Notes under the pieces: model-generated
Told to the model about the DNA's origin: nothing
The model's database searches: none
Seen by the model: only the letters and a program-made list of their open reading frames with translations
Shown: piece after piece, positions 36,618 to 50,159 of the stretch
Numbering within the stretch: position 1 is the first letter of the stretch
How the letters are laid out: each line of letters begins with the position of its first letter
Origin: Vermamoeba vermiformis
Lineage: Eukaryota
Assembly (NCBI GenBank): GCA_045837725.1
Contig: JBEWZL010000156.1
Coordinates: forward strand, 1-64,000
Length of the DNA stretch: 64,000 nt
Direction of reading: 5' to 3'
Program-made: the position numbers and the translations under genes

Positions 36618-38060
36618 TCAATAAGGTACTAAAGAGCTTCCTTCTTCGTCATTAAGCACAACTTTTCCTTCGTGAAGATCTACGCATATATTGTATTAAT
36701 CGCACGTACTTCTCATTGCTTAACAATATATTTCTATACTCACCTTCACTAGTAATCTCGAATAGACGCACCACATTTGCCAAAGTATACTTCTCGAACG
36801 GAAAAAAATCTTCAAGAGGGATCTCCTTCGCACGCAACTTCCACTTCCGTAGTAATGCATCAATTGAGTTATGCGAGCTATAAATATTATTAAGACACTA
36901 AATTATATCGATATAATCATATTAAATGGTACCTTCGTTCCTGGTAGCTCGTAATATATTTCAAATTTTTGTTTTTACGCATGAAGTACGCGACGCTTGA
37001 AATGTTATCCTCGAATACTAAGCAATGAATCGATGTTAGTACTAAAGTATAGACGGGACCTACTATATAATGTACCTTCTGAATTATCATAAAAGCAATC
37101 AGCACCGATAACATAATCGACTGGATCTAGCGTCAAAACTTCAGACGAATATTTGCCCCACGTAAATCCTAGAACTTTCGTTTGCAAGAAAATAGGAACT
37201 TTTTTCTTAGAACCTAAAATATACGTTAGAGACAGCCTCTATAATATTTTCCTGCAGTTTGAAATTATTTTTATCTAATAAAAAATCCGTTACTCGGCAC
37301 TTACTGAGATGATAATCGACTGGATTATTTAATAATATGCTCTGCTTGACATTGTCTAAGATATATTGTGCCTCTTCACGATCAGTGAGCGTTACTCTTG
37401 CGCCACAAGCTGCAGCCAAGATCCCGGGCAAACTTGTGCCGCAACCAATCTATACAATTAACACGTTAATTATAATACTCCAATATGCGCTTATAATTTT
37501 TTCTTTTTTATACGAAGTAATAGGAATTATCTTTACCTCAAGAACGTGTTTATTTTTTAGATCGGATCTGATATGCCAAATGTATTCAGCCAGAACTTTA
37601 GCTGAAGGCCATACAAATAATCCATAGTCAGTAGATGCAGCCTATATAATAATCAACGAGTTAATTGACAAAGAACAAAAGAAAAAGCATTGCGTCAGCC
37701 AATAATTTTTGCTAGCCTCTCATTTGGCGTAATAACTTCGTTAATAATTGTAATAATATTGCGGAATTATTATACACGCACAAATTCTACCAGCAGTACT
37801 ATAATAGCGTAATTGACAGTTTGCAAACTTGATCTACTCGCTGCCACGCACGTTATGTACCAGCTGTAACGTACCTGATGTATTTTAATTTCTACATTTT
37901 CGCCAGTATTATTATCTTGAAATTTGAATGAGGAGATCTGGGTGGCATCTTCAGGCACCGGATCTTCGTTTGTTCTTTTCTTTGGCGTCTTTCGTCTTAA
38001 CTCATGAATATTACTATCATAATCATCATTTGAAATAAACTCGGCTGTAATGGCGCTCAT
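36618..38060 (-). CDS. Family-16 (METTL23/METTL21-like) protein methyltransferase
   Basis: YGLFVWPSAKVLAEYI, KHVLE|IGCGTSLPGI, VTLTD, LGFTWG, VIGADCFY, SYQERS. Confidence 0.88.
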
Positions 38061-38193
38061 TATAAAATTGACAAAACAATCAAAAATCTGAAAGCGCTGC
38101 AAAAAATCTCAGTTTGAAGATTTTTATCCCAAGCCACAACAGGAGCTTAAAAAACATTTATTGTTATATTTGTGTGCATAATAATAGATAATA

Positions 38194-39230
38194 ATGAAGA
38201 TTCTAGCTGTGGTACGTTGAAATAGCGACAAAATCGCCATTTTTGATTTTATAACCGTCACATCCAATCAAAATATTTTTCACAAATAATCTCGTGCGTG
38301 CTTATTTAATATAGTGATAATAATGCGAACCTATTGTTCACTTGAATTTTAAAACGCTCAAAGTATCGAAATTCCTAATTTTTAATTATTAAAACAAAAC
38401 GCGCTTATAGAATCGATAAATAACGAAATATCTTAAACCAAATGCTCAATATATTACATTATTATAGGCAGTTCTTTTGGCAATCGTTGGTTTGGCGATC
38501 TCAGAACAACTTTTTATTACCCCAACGGATCCTATGGAGGTTACATTAACAAAAAGTGGATTTCTTGCATCAGTAGCAATCAACCCTCCTTTTAGGTAAA
38601 TAATTTAGCTTTAATTCAAAATTTCAAACCATTTTGATCTCTTCGCCTACCGGTATTTCAAAATTGATTTATTAACCTTGATTTTGCTCTTAGAATGTAC
38701 TACTGGGCTAAAGCTAGTCCCTCTGGCGCAAAACTTGAATCTATGTTGCTCAGCAGCGATGATTACTCCAAATTTCTTCGCGCCGAAGTGACCGATCTGA
38801 AGCCTTTCACTGATCTCTCTGGAAGCGGCAACTTGATCGAATTCAAACGTAAGTCCTATATTTCAAACTCACTATCTGAAGCAGCTAATAATAAGATATA
38901 TAAGGCATCAATTTCATCAACGCTAAGAAGGAAGATCCGGTTTACTTGGTTATCGCCCTCAGCTCCGACACTCCTGCTGATATTACTAATGCTACTGTCA
39001 AGTATTATTTCGATTACATCCCCGTCTTCGTCGGCCTCGAGTTGTGGTCTTTTGCCTTAGTTTCAGCCAGTACGTAGCAGATCTAGACTTACGTCAAAAT
39101 TATTTGCTCTGAACTAACCTATCTTATTTCAACTATAGTCCTCGGTGCCATTGGTATTGTTGTTTTCATCGTCTTCTTGTACTTTATGATTACGTTGTTT
39201 ATCAACCCTTGCTGCTCTCGATACACCTAA
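38194..39230 (+). CDS. Hypothetical type-I membrane protein
   Basis: Signal peptide MKILAV|AVLLAIVGLAIS, five in-phase exons, C-terminal hydrophobic helix followed by PCCSRYT. Confidence 0.7.
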
Positions 39231-39367
39231 GCCCGATGTAAACTAATATTCCTTTTAAATTAACTACGCATAGTATTGTCTTATATTAACATATTTATTG
39301 TACATTGCTAACATCTTGAATAAATAACTTGGCACAAGAGTTTAGCGAACAAAATTCGATCCATTTA

Positions 39368-40225
39368 TTACTTCTTGTTCTTCAAGATTACCTTTCTAAA
39401 CGTTAAACTAATACGTCTAGTGCGCTTGTTTTTTATTCCATGCCAATCATCGCTTGCTCGCGCAGGAATGGAGTGTTTCCAGTCGTAGCGAGCTTTGCCT
39501 TTCATAACCAGCAACGAGTTTCGCTCCAATAGTAGATCTAGTTACATTTTATTAATTTTACCAAGCGTAATATGTCAAATTGCTATTACCTATGGTAATT
39601 GGCTGCTTGACACGTTGAAAACTCATTACAGCACTAGATCCAAGACTGACCACCTGTTAGCACGAAATTGAAGATAGTAATCTTCTTACGTACCTTATAG
39701 AAACAATTGTGTCAGTAAAAATGTCCGGTTTATCGACATGCGGGCTAATTCCTTGACCAGGAGTATATTCTATGAAAAAAAAAAGTCAATGCGACCGCTT
39801 GAAACCACTAATTTTGAAATTAAAATACCATTTATAATTAATTGATCTGGTCTATCAGTTATGAAACCCTTTTCTATCAGTCGTTCGATCAACGGCTCGC
39901 AGAATTCAGGCAGATCGCCAATTTTATTGCTTTCATCGAGGCTTTTTGACTTATAATCGTATCTATAACCATAATGTTGCACTCTCCTCTTCAACTCAGA
40001 AGACCACGTATGTTTGTCTATTTCACTAATTAACTTATCGTGTTCTTCCTTCGAAATAAAGTTCCTAACAATCTCCAACCCTTCAATTGCCTCTTTCGCT
40101 GATTTTACGCCAGCATTAATTGCATTTTCGTATGATTCCTCCACTGAACTCAACTTGACCTTCTTGAGAGCTGGCTGCGCAACATCCGAAGGTTGGATCT
40201 CATCTCGCTCTCGTTTCTTCTCCAT
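39368..40225 (-). CDS. AlkB-family 2OG-Fe(II) dioxygenase (ALKBH8 AlkB-domain-like); start uncertain
   Basis: RRVQHYGYRYDY, DQLIINEYTPGQGISPHVD, SLGSSAVM, ARYDWKHSI, RRISLTFR. Confidence 0.9.
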
Positions 40226-40918
40226 CAGCTTCGTAGGAATGGAACAATAGTGCTGTGGTGTATCTACCAAGAAATTCTTCGAACTAACTACAGCGTAAAG
40301 TTTAGCACTTTTTCGAGTGTCCCATAATATTGTTGTCCTCGACAAACATATATACCGGAAAGCTTTTGCTTGTTTCGCTTTCTTTTGCTACACGCAACCA
40401 TTACGTACCTCCCTTACCTCCGCAAAACAATGCTCTTCCAACCACCCACAGCTATTTCGTTGATGATTATAATAATTCATGTATTTTTAATAACACCGAA
40501 TCCATCGCGCCAAACTGTCAGTAAGAATCGGAATGACACCGTTCGTTGAGTATTCTTTTAATAACAAAGTTGCAAACTTTTCTTTCCTGTTTCTCCTCTC
40601 TTTCGCACGGGTTGATTGAGTTTTCCGCATTGAAATGTTAGGACCAAAAAAACGAGCTCTTATGGCGCGTTTTTGGTTTGGGCTCTTTTTCAGTCCTTTG
40701 TGGAGAGAGAAACAACAAGAGGAAGTTTTGCTCACCACGATATTGTAATATAGTGACCTGTGTATTATTTGGGACTCGTTAACAAGGTGATTGTCGTTTT
40801 ATTTGCGGGTTTATTACTGATTTTTGGATTTACTTTCTCATCTGCATTATTTAATTATTATTATCGATTATTTTATGCCCTATCACGACGAGAATAATAA
40901 ATAAACATTGAATTAAAG

Positions 40919-43900
40919 ATGCAAAAGTGGCAACATTCCTCTGCGCCTTATAGAAAAGTTCGCCGAGTTCAGTTTGGAATCTTGGGCCCGGACGAAATTG
41001 TAAGTATTCATCGTTACGTATTCGAGTCATTTGCAGATCATCAATAACAACTAGAGACCAAAAATACGTGTGGAGAATTAACAGGCTGCAAGCCAATCCA
41101 CAACAATAAAAAAATTTCGATAAAAGCAGGAAACTGCTGTTCGCACTTCTCAAGTGAGTTGCTGCGTCGGCCAATCCTTGCATGTCAATATTAATTTTTT
41201 TAAACGGAAATATTGCACCTTGAAAACAAGATTTGTTTGAATTTTGTCGATCGTAGATTTGGAAGTTGTTAACTGATTTTATTTTTCATCGTTATAGCGG
41301 CAATTATCCGTATGCGAAATTGTGCATCCAGAGACCTTTGAAAATGGAAAACCGAAGCAAGGAGGCTTGGCAGATTTGCGTATGGGAACCATTGCCAGAG
41401 AGTACCGCTGCATTACCTGCGAAGGAGATAGCAACGAATGCCCTGGACATTTTGGTCATATTGAATTGGTGAAGCCGATGTTCCATATCGGCTTCTTGCC
41501 AACTGTACTCAAAGTACTGCGTTGTGTTTGCTTTTCTTGTTCAAAGTTGCTTGCTGACGAGGTACGATCTTATTACTCAATTGTATAGTACTTGGCGAGT
41601 ATAACATACTAATGTCACTATTTGACGTGCAGAGCGATGATGCTTATCAAAATGCTTTGAAGATCCGCAACCCTCAAGACAGACTTCGCGCCATGTATGA
41701 TATCTGTAAAAATAAGCGTGTTTGCGAGGGCGCTCAGCAACAAGAAGAGAATCAAGATAACAATGAGGAAAATGAAGATTTGGAAGGCAACAAGAAAAAG
41801 AAAAAGCCACACAACGGTTGCGGTGCTGAACAACCCAAGGTCAGCCGCGACGGATTAAAAATTTCAATCGAATATAAAAAAGAACAAGAAAATGGAGAAG
41901 AAAAAAGAAAAGTTTTATCTGGCGAAGAGGTAAATACTCGGTGACATAGTTTTTACGCAGATCGTGATCTAACAAATGCTTTTAGGTGTACAATATTTTA
42001 AAACAGATTTCTGACGACGATTGTCGTGCGATGGGCTTTGACCCTCGCTTCTCGCGTCCAGATTGGATGCTTGTCACAGTTTTACCTGTGCCACCTCCCC
42101 CTGTTCGTCCTAGCATTGTCATGGACTCTGCGCGAAGAGGTGAAGACGACTTGACGTACAAATTGGCTGATATTGTCAAAGCCAACCAAATGTTGCGAAC
42201 TAAAGAAGAGAGTAACGCTCCTGCACATATCATCAAGGAATTCGCTCAGCTCTTGCAATTCCACGTCGCGACATTTGTGAACAACGAAATTCCCGGTCAA
42301 CCTCAAGCCACTCAAAGAGGAGGCCGTCCGTTGAAGACGATCAGTCAGCGTCTGAAGGGCAAAGAAGGTCGTGTCAGAGGCAACTTGATGGGCAAACGTG
42401 TCGACTTTTCGGCTCGTTCTGTCATTACTGCCGACGCCAACCTTCATTTGGATCAGCTTGGTGTGCCTTTGTCGATCGCCAAGAACTTGACTTACCCTGA
42501 AACAGTCACTCCCTTCAACATTAAGAGGTACGTTTAACTGTCATTATATCGGCATTATTGCTTGGTACTAATTTATATGTAGGCTACACGAGCTTGTTGA
42601 AAACGGCCCTGACGATCACCCTGGTGCCGTCTACGTCATTCGTGACGACGGTGTCAGAATCGACTTGCGTTTCGTCAAGCGAAGAAGTGAAGTTCACTTG
42701 AACTACGGATACAAAGTCGAACGTCACGTGCAAGATGACGACGTGGTCATTTTCAATCGTCAACCTTCTTTGCACAAGATGTCTATGATGGGTCATCGTG
42801 TCAAAGTTATGCCCTTCTCGACTTTCCGTCTGAACCTTTCTGTCACTACTCCTTACAACGCCGACTTCGACGGTGACGAAATGAACATGCACGTGCCTCA
42901 GTCTTTGGAGACAAAAGCAGAAATTTCCCAGATTATGATGGTCCCTCGTCAGATCATTACCCCTCAGGGTAACAGACCTATTATGGGTATCGTACAAGAT
43001 ACTTTGCTCGGCTGCGGTCTCTACACGAAGCGTGACACTTTCCTGGAGAAGGACGTCGTCATGAACATCTTGATTCTGATGCCCGACTGGGACGGCAAGA
43101 TGCCCACTCCTGCTATCCTCAAGCCAAAGCCTTTGTGGACCGGCAAACAGATCTACAGTGTTATCATTCCCAAGATCAATCTTCACAGATTCTCTGCTAC
43201 TCACAGCAGCAAGGACATGCAGGAGACATCGCCCGCTGACACTGAAGTCATCATTCAAGATGGTGAAGTTCTTGCCGGAATTTTGGATAAGAAGGCTGTC
43301 GGTAACGTCGAAGGAGGTCTCATTCACACAATTTGGCTCGACTACGGTCCTGAAGCTGCAAAGATGTTCTTCTTCCTCACCCAACAACAAGTCAACTACT
43401 GGTTGCTGCACCACGGCTACACCATCGGTATCGGTGACACTATTGCCGACGAGAATACTATGGCTTCGATCAAGAAGACTATTACACAAGCCAAAGAAAA
43501 GGTGCAAGAATTGATCATTCAATTGCATCAAGGCGCTTTGGAGTCTAAGCCTGGTATGACACTGATGGAGTCCTTCGAGTCCTCTGTCAACAACGAGTTG
43601 AACAAGGCCAGAGACGATTCTGGTAACAGTGCCCAGCGCTCTTTGTTGCGCTCCAACAACATTAAGAACATGGTCGACATCGGCTCCAAGGGTTCTTTCA
43701 TTAACATTTCACAAATGATTGCTTGTGTCGGTCAACAGAACGTAGAAGGCAGACGTATTCCTTTCGGCTTCAAGCAACGAACCTTGCCTCACTTTGTCAA
43801 AGACGACTATGGTGTTGAAAGCAGAGGCTTCGTCGAAAACTCTTACTTGCGTGGTCTCACGCCCCAAGAGTTCTTCTTCCACGCTATGGGAGGTCGTGAA

Positions 43901-46632
43901 GGTTTGATCGATACTGCAGTCAAGACCTCTGAAACTGGTTACATTCAACGTCGTCTCGTCAAGGCTATGGAGGACGTGACAGTTACTTATGACGGTACTG
44001 TCCGAAACTCTTTGGGTCAAGTGCTTCAATTCCTTTACGGAGAAGACGGTATGGACGGTACCTACGTCGAGAAACAGAAGATTGAATGCATGCAAATGGA
44101 CAACAAGACATTCGATCGTACTTACCGCTATGATCTCGACTCCAATGATCTCTCGTTGGGTCAAGATATCCTCGACGAAGAAATCCTCGAAGAGACTCGT
44201 AACAAAGATGACGCTTTCTCCATCTTGGAGCAAGAGTACGAGCAGCTCAAACAAGACAGAAAGCTCTTGCGAGAAGTCATCTACAAGAACCAATTGGCCG
44301 TTAGTGACGAAGACTCGTGGGCTTTGCCTGTCAACTTGCGCCGCTTGTTGTGGAACACTCAACGCCAATTCGGTCCTGAGATCAAGCGTCCTAGTGACTT
44401 GCCTCCCACCGAAATTATCGAGAAGGTCAAGCTCTTGACTGACAAGCTGAAGATTATTCCTGGCTTGGGCGAAGACGAAGTTACCAACGAAGTTCAACGT
44501 AACGCCGTCTTGCTGTTCAACATCTTGGTGCGATCAATCTTCGCCTCCAAGAGAGTCTTGCGCGAGTACAGACTCGACCGAGAATCGTTTGATTACCTCT
44601 TGGGTGAAATCGAGAGCAAGTTCTCCAAGGCCATCGCACACCCTGGTGAAATGATTGGTGCCATTGCCGCTCAATCTGTCGGTCAATTGGTCACTCAGAT
44701 GACGCTCAACACTTTCCACTTTGCTGGTGTGTCTTCTAAGAACGTCACACTTGGTGTTCCTCGTCTGAAGGAAATTATCAACATTGCCAAGAACGCCAAG
44801 ACTCCCTCTATTTCAGTCTACTTGAAGCCTCATGCTGCTCGAGACTCTGAAGCTGCCAAGGGTGTCTTGTGTCGCTTGGAACACACCACGTTGTACAAGT
44901 TGACTGAATCCACTCAGATCTACTACGATCCGGATCCTCTGAACACCGTGATCAAAGAAGACGAGGAACTCGTTCACTTGTACTACGACTTCCCTGGCGA
45001 AGAGCAAGATCCTCGCACTTTGTCCCCGTGGTTGTTGAGAATGGTTCTCAGTCGTGAAGCTTTGGCTGATAAGCGCTTGTCGATGTCCCAGATTTCTGAC
45101 AAGATTGAAGCTAACTTCACCAACGACTTGAACTGTATCTACTCTCACGATAACGCTGACAAGCTCGTCTTGCGTTTGCGCTTGAGACAAAACCCTGATG
45201 AAGAGGTAGATAAGACCGAAGAGGCCGATGACGAAGAGCTCATTCGTCAAATCGAAGCCAACTTGCTGCACGAAATGACTTTGTGCGGTATCAAGAAGAT
45301 CAACAAGGTCTTCATGAGAAAAGAGAAGCGCGGCTCTTACGACCAAAATGGTGCTTACAAGAAGGAAGAAGAGTGGGTGCTCGACACTGAAGGAAGCAAC
45401 TTGATGGAGGTCCTCAGCTGCCCTGACGTTGACACTCACCGCACCGTCTCTAACGACATTGTCGAGATTATTCAAGTGCTCGGTATTGAAGCCGTTCGTG
45501 GTGCCTTGTTGACTGAATTGCGTCGTGTCATTTCGTTCGACGGTTCTTACGTCAACTACCGCCACTTGGCTACTCTCGTGGACGCTATGACTGCTCCTGG
45601 TCACTTGATGTCCATTACTCGTCACGGTATCAACAGAACTCGTGCTGGTCCGTTGATGAAGTGCTCTTTCGAAGAGACTGTCGATATGCTTGTTGAAGCA
45701 GCGACATTCGCTGAGAAGGATTACTTGCGCGGTGTGTCCGAGAACATTATGTTGGGTAACCTCGTACCTGTGGGTACTGGCTACTTCGACTTGTTCTTGA
45801 ACGACAAGATGCTCAAGGACGCTATTGTCATTCCTCACGACAGACCTGGAGAGATGGACGTGTTCGATTACATTGACGAGAACCCTGGCTCACCTGGCAA
45901 CTTCGAGGCGCAGACCCCGTTAGTGAACATGATGTCGCCAGCCATGAGCCCTGGTCCCTCCGATATGTACTCGCCTTACGGTGCTGGTGCCATGTTCTCA
46001 CCGTACACCGGTGGCGCAATGTTCTCGCCCGCTCGTCCTGGATCTCCTTCCTCTCCCGCGTGGGTTACTGACGGCAAGGCTGGCTACTCACCCACTTCGC
46101 CCACTTACAGCCCAACCTCGCCCAAGTACAGCCCCACTTCGCCGAACTACAGTCCGACGTCACCTGGCTACAGCCCGACTAGTCCCAATTACAGTCCCAC
46201 TAGTCCCAGATACAGCCCGACGTCGCCTAACTACAGTCCGACGAGCCCGCGCTACAGTCCTACTAGTCCTAACTATAGCCCGACTAGTCCTCGTTACAGT
46301 CCCACGAGCCCGCGGTACAGTCCTACTTCACCCCAGTACAGCCCTACCTCGCCGCGCTATAGTCCTACAAGTCCGAGATACAGTCCGACCAGTCCACAGT
46401 ACAGTCCGACCTCACCTCGGTACAGCCCTACCTCGCCGCGCTACAGTCCCACTTCGCCCAATTACAGTCCCACTTCGCCGGGCTACTCGCCGTCGTCCCC
46501 GCAATACAGCCCGTCGTCACCTCAGTACTCGCCCTCGAGTCCTGCTTACTCTCCTGCGTAAGTTTTGTTCAACCGATAGCGGATCACGTCGTAGTAGTAC
46601 TAACGTTTTATTCTTGCAGTAAAAAGAAATAG
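40919..46632 (+). CDS. RPB1: RNA polymerase II largest subunit
   Basis: [44 protein letters not shown], bridge helix, TQMTLNTFH and heptad CTD. The last intron 46558-46619 gives ...SPAKKK*; the unspliced stop is at 46561. Confidence 0.99.
46085..46558 (+). repeat. RPB1 CTD: 22 complete YSPTSPx/YSPSSPx heptads
   Basis: 21-nt coding tandem repeat, counted from the translation. Confidence 0.97.
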
Positions 46633-46981
46633 AGGAGCATAGGTGATGTGCTCTTGGTCCACCATAGCATTAACCGCTCTAAATATGTTGTAAATATTCA
46701 AAACGAACAAACAGTTTGAGAGGGTTTGTTGTGGCGCCAAGGCACGCAGACATTGGACGATTAAATTCTATTTAATAACGGCAAAACAAAACAAAAAGTG
46801 TAAAGCTAAAAAACAAATAAATCGAAATTGTTCAAATAAGATCTAGAGAGTTAGATTGGATTTGATCCAGGATCGCTCCAACAATAACCGAACGCAACAC
46901 AACAAAAAGTAAACAATAAAAGTAGACAATGTTTGTTTTTGAGACTTTTTTTGGTTTATTCTTATTCTCTCTACAAGCAGC

Positions 46982-47937
46982 TTAATAGACGCGTTGGACC
47001 TTGCCCATAGTGCTCTTAATGTGGAGAGAACGAACGTTTTGCCAGCCCTTCTTCAACAAAGAGATCAAGAAGTTGATGGACAAGTTGAGGTTAGTTCTCA
47101 ACTCCTCAGGAGTCATCTTAACGTGACCGACGGCGACACCCAAGCACAAAACCTTCTTCAATTGGAACTTGACGGTAGAGCTAATGTCAGCGATCTTCTC
47201 CTTGATGTTATCGTTGTGAGTGATGGGGGAAGGGAACTTGTTCATCTTGTTCAATTGGGGACCCAAGACACGAGGAATTTGCTTGATGATGGTATCAGTG
47301 GAAAGGAAGGCGTCGTACTTGTTGGCCCACTTCTTGATGACCTTCTTGTTCTTGTTGAACTTCTTCAAGCCGTCCATATCGATGAAGTCAACGCCAGCAG
47401 CCTTGGCTTCGTCGCAGTGCTTGGCATCTCCGATCACGCAGACCTTTTGGTTAGGTCTGGCGATGTTGGGCAAACGGTAAGCACCGGCGAAACGCTTATC
47501 CTTGTTGGGATCGTAGTTCTTGAGACCGATTTGGAGCTCGACGGTCTCGAGGAAGTGTCTCTTGTTGGTCTTGGCTCCTTCCAAAACGGCGAGGATCTGC
47601 TTCTTGAACTCTTCTTGATTCAACTTGCTGTTATGAATATTATTAGTATATAGTTGCACATATAATAATTATTGGCAGTTGGATAAATGAAATCAGGCTT
47701 TGCTGTTACGATCTTTTTCCAATTTTAATTAACTCGATCAATAACCACCATATAATTGCCAAAAAATGTATTTTCATTTGAATGATATTGTTCGGGCATA
47801 AAATGATATCGGGGACGATTTAATTCAATTACTGTGAAGTAATGCGATTCAGATTTGGTCGAATCACCAATCCATCACCCCAATAAGCAAATTATTGCCG
47901 GACAAATACTCCAAACAAGCACTAAAACATACCTCAT
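46982..47937 (-). CDS. RPL10A: 60S ribosomal protein L10a (uL1)
   Basis: 5-nt first exon ATGAG, intron 47628-47932, then [20 protein letters not shown] ... [13 protein letters not shown] ... KSTMGK. Confidence 0.97.
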
Positions 47938-48143
47938 TGTGGTGTAGTGCGAGTAATATGTTACACAGCGGGGCCAATGAAAGAAAGAGTTAGTGCATGG
48001 GAAAGAGATACAAATACGGGCCAAAATTTGACCGTCAAAATTTGGACCAATCACGAAACGTTTAAAAGACAAATTTGGTGGTCAAATCTGCGTTTCGGTC
48101 GCCTTCATTCACGCGTATTTCGCATTTGTACCTTAAGCGCGCA
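47938..48143. promoter_or_regulatory. Compact bidirectional promoter (RPL10A / SEC12) with CCAAT boxes
   Basis: About 206 bp between divergent ATGs, containing GGCCAATGA and GACCAATCA. Confidence 0.45.
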
Positions 48144-49942
48144 ATGGAGAAGAATAGCGAAAAGAAGGAAAAGAAGAAAGTAGAACGACCAAAGGATGGT
48201 TCGTGCCCGATCCGGATTCGATCTTGTTTACTCAGATATCTTACATTGCCATTTTTAGATTGGTCATCCAAAAAAGAACTCGATTATCCACCGTTTTGCC
48301 TCGATTCAAAGGGTGGATACTTAGTAGTCTCCGGTGGAGGCGGTGAAAGTAAAACGGGCATTCCAAACGAATTGGTGCGTACACATAATTAATGCATGTC
48401 CCTCATAATACTGTCGATATTATTTCACGATACTTAGCCCAAAGAAATTGGCAGGAAATTATTTGAAATTTTTCCTTTTGCGATCGCGAGTTATTTTGAG
48501 TACAAGCTCAGCTAACACCTTCACAGTCCATCTACAAGATAAAAAATAACCAAATTAAAGAAGTAACATATTTGGACACTTATCCTCGAACCCACGTCAA
48601 TATTAAGTTCCATCCAAAGGTAAAAAAAATTACTTTTTGTTGCGACGCCTAATAATTTATTTTAATTTTGATTTAGAACGATCAATTAGCCGCTGGAACA
48701 GGCAGTAAATGCTGCATATATACATACTCAAAGGATGGGTAATTATGAATTCTTACGTCGAAATATTTTTTTGTTGCTGACGTCGTATGAATGCAGCATC
48801 GTATTAGAACACAGTTTTCAAACAGATTTTTATGATAATGCCGAGGATAGTGATCAGGTATATTATACGGAGTGACATAGTATAGGACGTGCTAATGACA
48901 TGCCTTGTTATAGAAATTTGTATTTTTCACGAAAGACGATCAATTGATTACCGGCGGAAGTGACGGAAATATCCGAATTTGGAAAAAATGGATGCAAGAA
49001 GACGCAAATGAAAAAGCAGATATTTTGTGCAAAGTAAACGAACCAATTTTGACAGCTGCGTTAAGTGAGGACAGTTCGAAGGTACGGCTACAAATACTAT
49101 AGTATTTAGTATATATGATATTAATAGTACTATTAGTTGGCACTGACCTCGAAGAAAAATTGCCAAATTTGGACAATTAAGGATAAATCTAAGGTAGAAT
49201 TAACCGGCGCAGATTGGGAGTTTAACGGATGCGGATTTACGGCCAGTGATAATCAATTAGTTACTGCACTATCAAAACGAAAAGTTGGCACTAAATTAAT
49301 CAAATGGGACATTGCTACGAAGAAACAGCTTCAATCTGTCAACGTGTTCAAGGGATTTCATCACACGGCATTTGCCACGAGGTAAGGATCTAAATCTTGG
49401 GCATTTTAACACGCTATAATGCAAAAGTTAGTAATAATTACAGTTTATATGGTAATGATATTGCTAACGATAATTTTTGCGCTTTACGAAGAATTTTTTT
49501 TTTCTTGCGGATCCTCCTTTTATTGACAATTTTTAACAATATCATATGCTTATATAGTATCTAATCATATGTCATTATAGTCCCCGAGGCGAGTACGTAG
49601 CATTAGGATCAGTTAAAGGCACAATTTCTGTATACGAAACGAACCGCATGTCTCGAGTTATGGCGGTCAACAACGTTCACAACTTTATTATTACTGGCTT
49701 GCATTTTGTCGAAGAAAAAGGCGCTGATGGCAAGACTAACGTGTTATTGGTATCTATTGGTGCTGATAAGATCTTGAATGTGACACCTGTCAAACGCCAG
49801 GCTGGTACGTACCCGTGAAAAATATTTTGTTTCACTGAAAAGCGGATCTAACATACATTATTATTTGATAGGTATCTCTTTCACGTTAATTTTGGCGATT
49901 ATAGTTCTATTGTTGGCTATTTACTTTGCCTTAGTAAAGTAG
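48144..49942 (+). CDS. SEC12: Sec12/PREB-like WD40 guanine-nucleotide exchange factor for Sar1
   Basis: K-loop GGGGESKTGIPN, WD40 repeats (LITGGSDGNIRIW, VHNFIITGLHF) and a C-terminal TM helix. Confidence 0.88.
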
Positions 49943-50159
49943 AGTTTTTGGCTAGCCAGATCCCCAATTTATTGTTGCAATTCAGCAGAGGACGTGTTAA
50001 AGAATCATTGATGAATCTAATTGCAGTTTTTGGCACTCAAAATAACCGAGTTATTATTAGGGACAATTATTAGTTATAAACGGCTGCGTATAAAACTTAA
50101 CCATGTGGTCGAGACTTGTCGAAAGGATTTTAAAATCATTATTATTATCAAATCGCAGT

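Noticed and set aside
36618-38060. Functional link between the family-16 methyltransferase and the adjacent EF-1alpha
   Set aside because: Some family members methylate eEF1A, but this one looks METTL23-like and adjacency alone is weak evidence in a eukaryote.
46085-46558. Regular 21-nt repeats as a CRISPR or satellite array
   Set aside because: They encode the RPB1 CTD heptads and have no spacers.
46994-47653. 219-aa ORF antisense to RPL10A, and similar antisense ORFs over SMC3, RPB1 and EF-1alpha
   Set aside because: Expected shadow of strong codon bias in highly expressed genes; no independent motifs.
47628-47932. Possible C/D snoRNA in the long RPL10A intron
   Set aside because: Only an imperfect C box and scattered CTGA motifs, and no rRNA guide I can verify; would need snoscan or Infernal.
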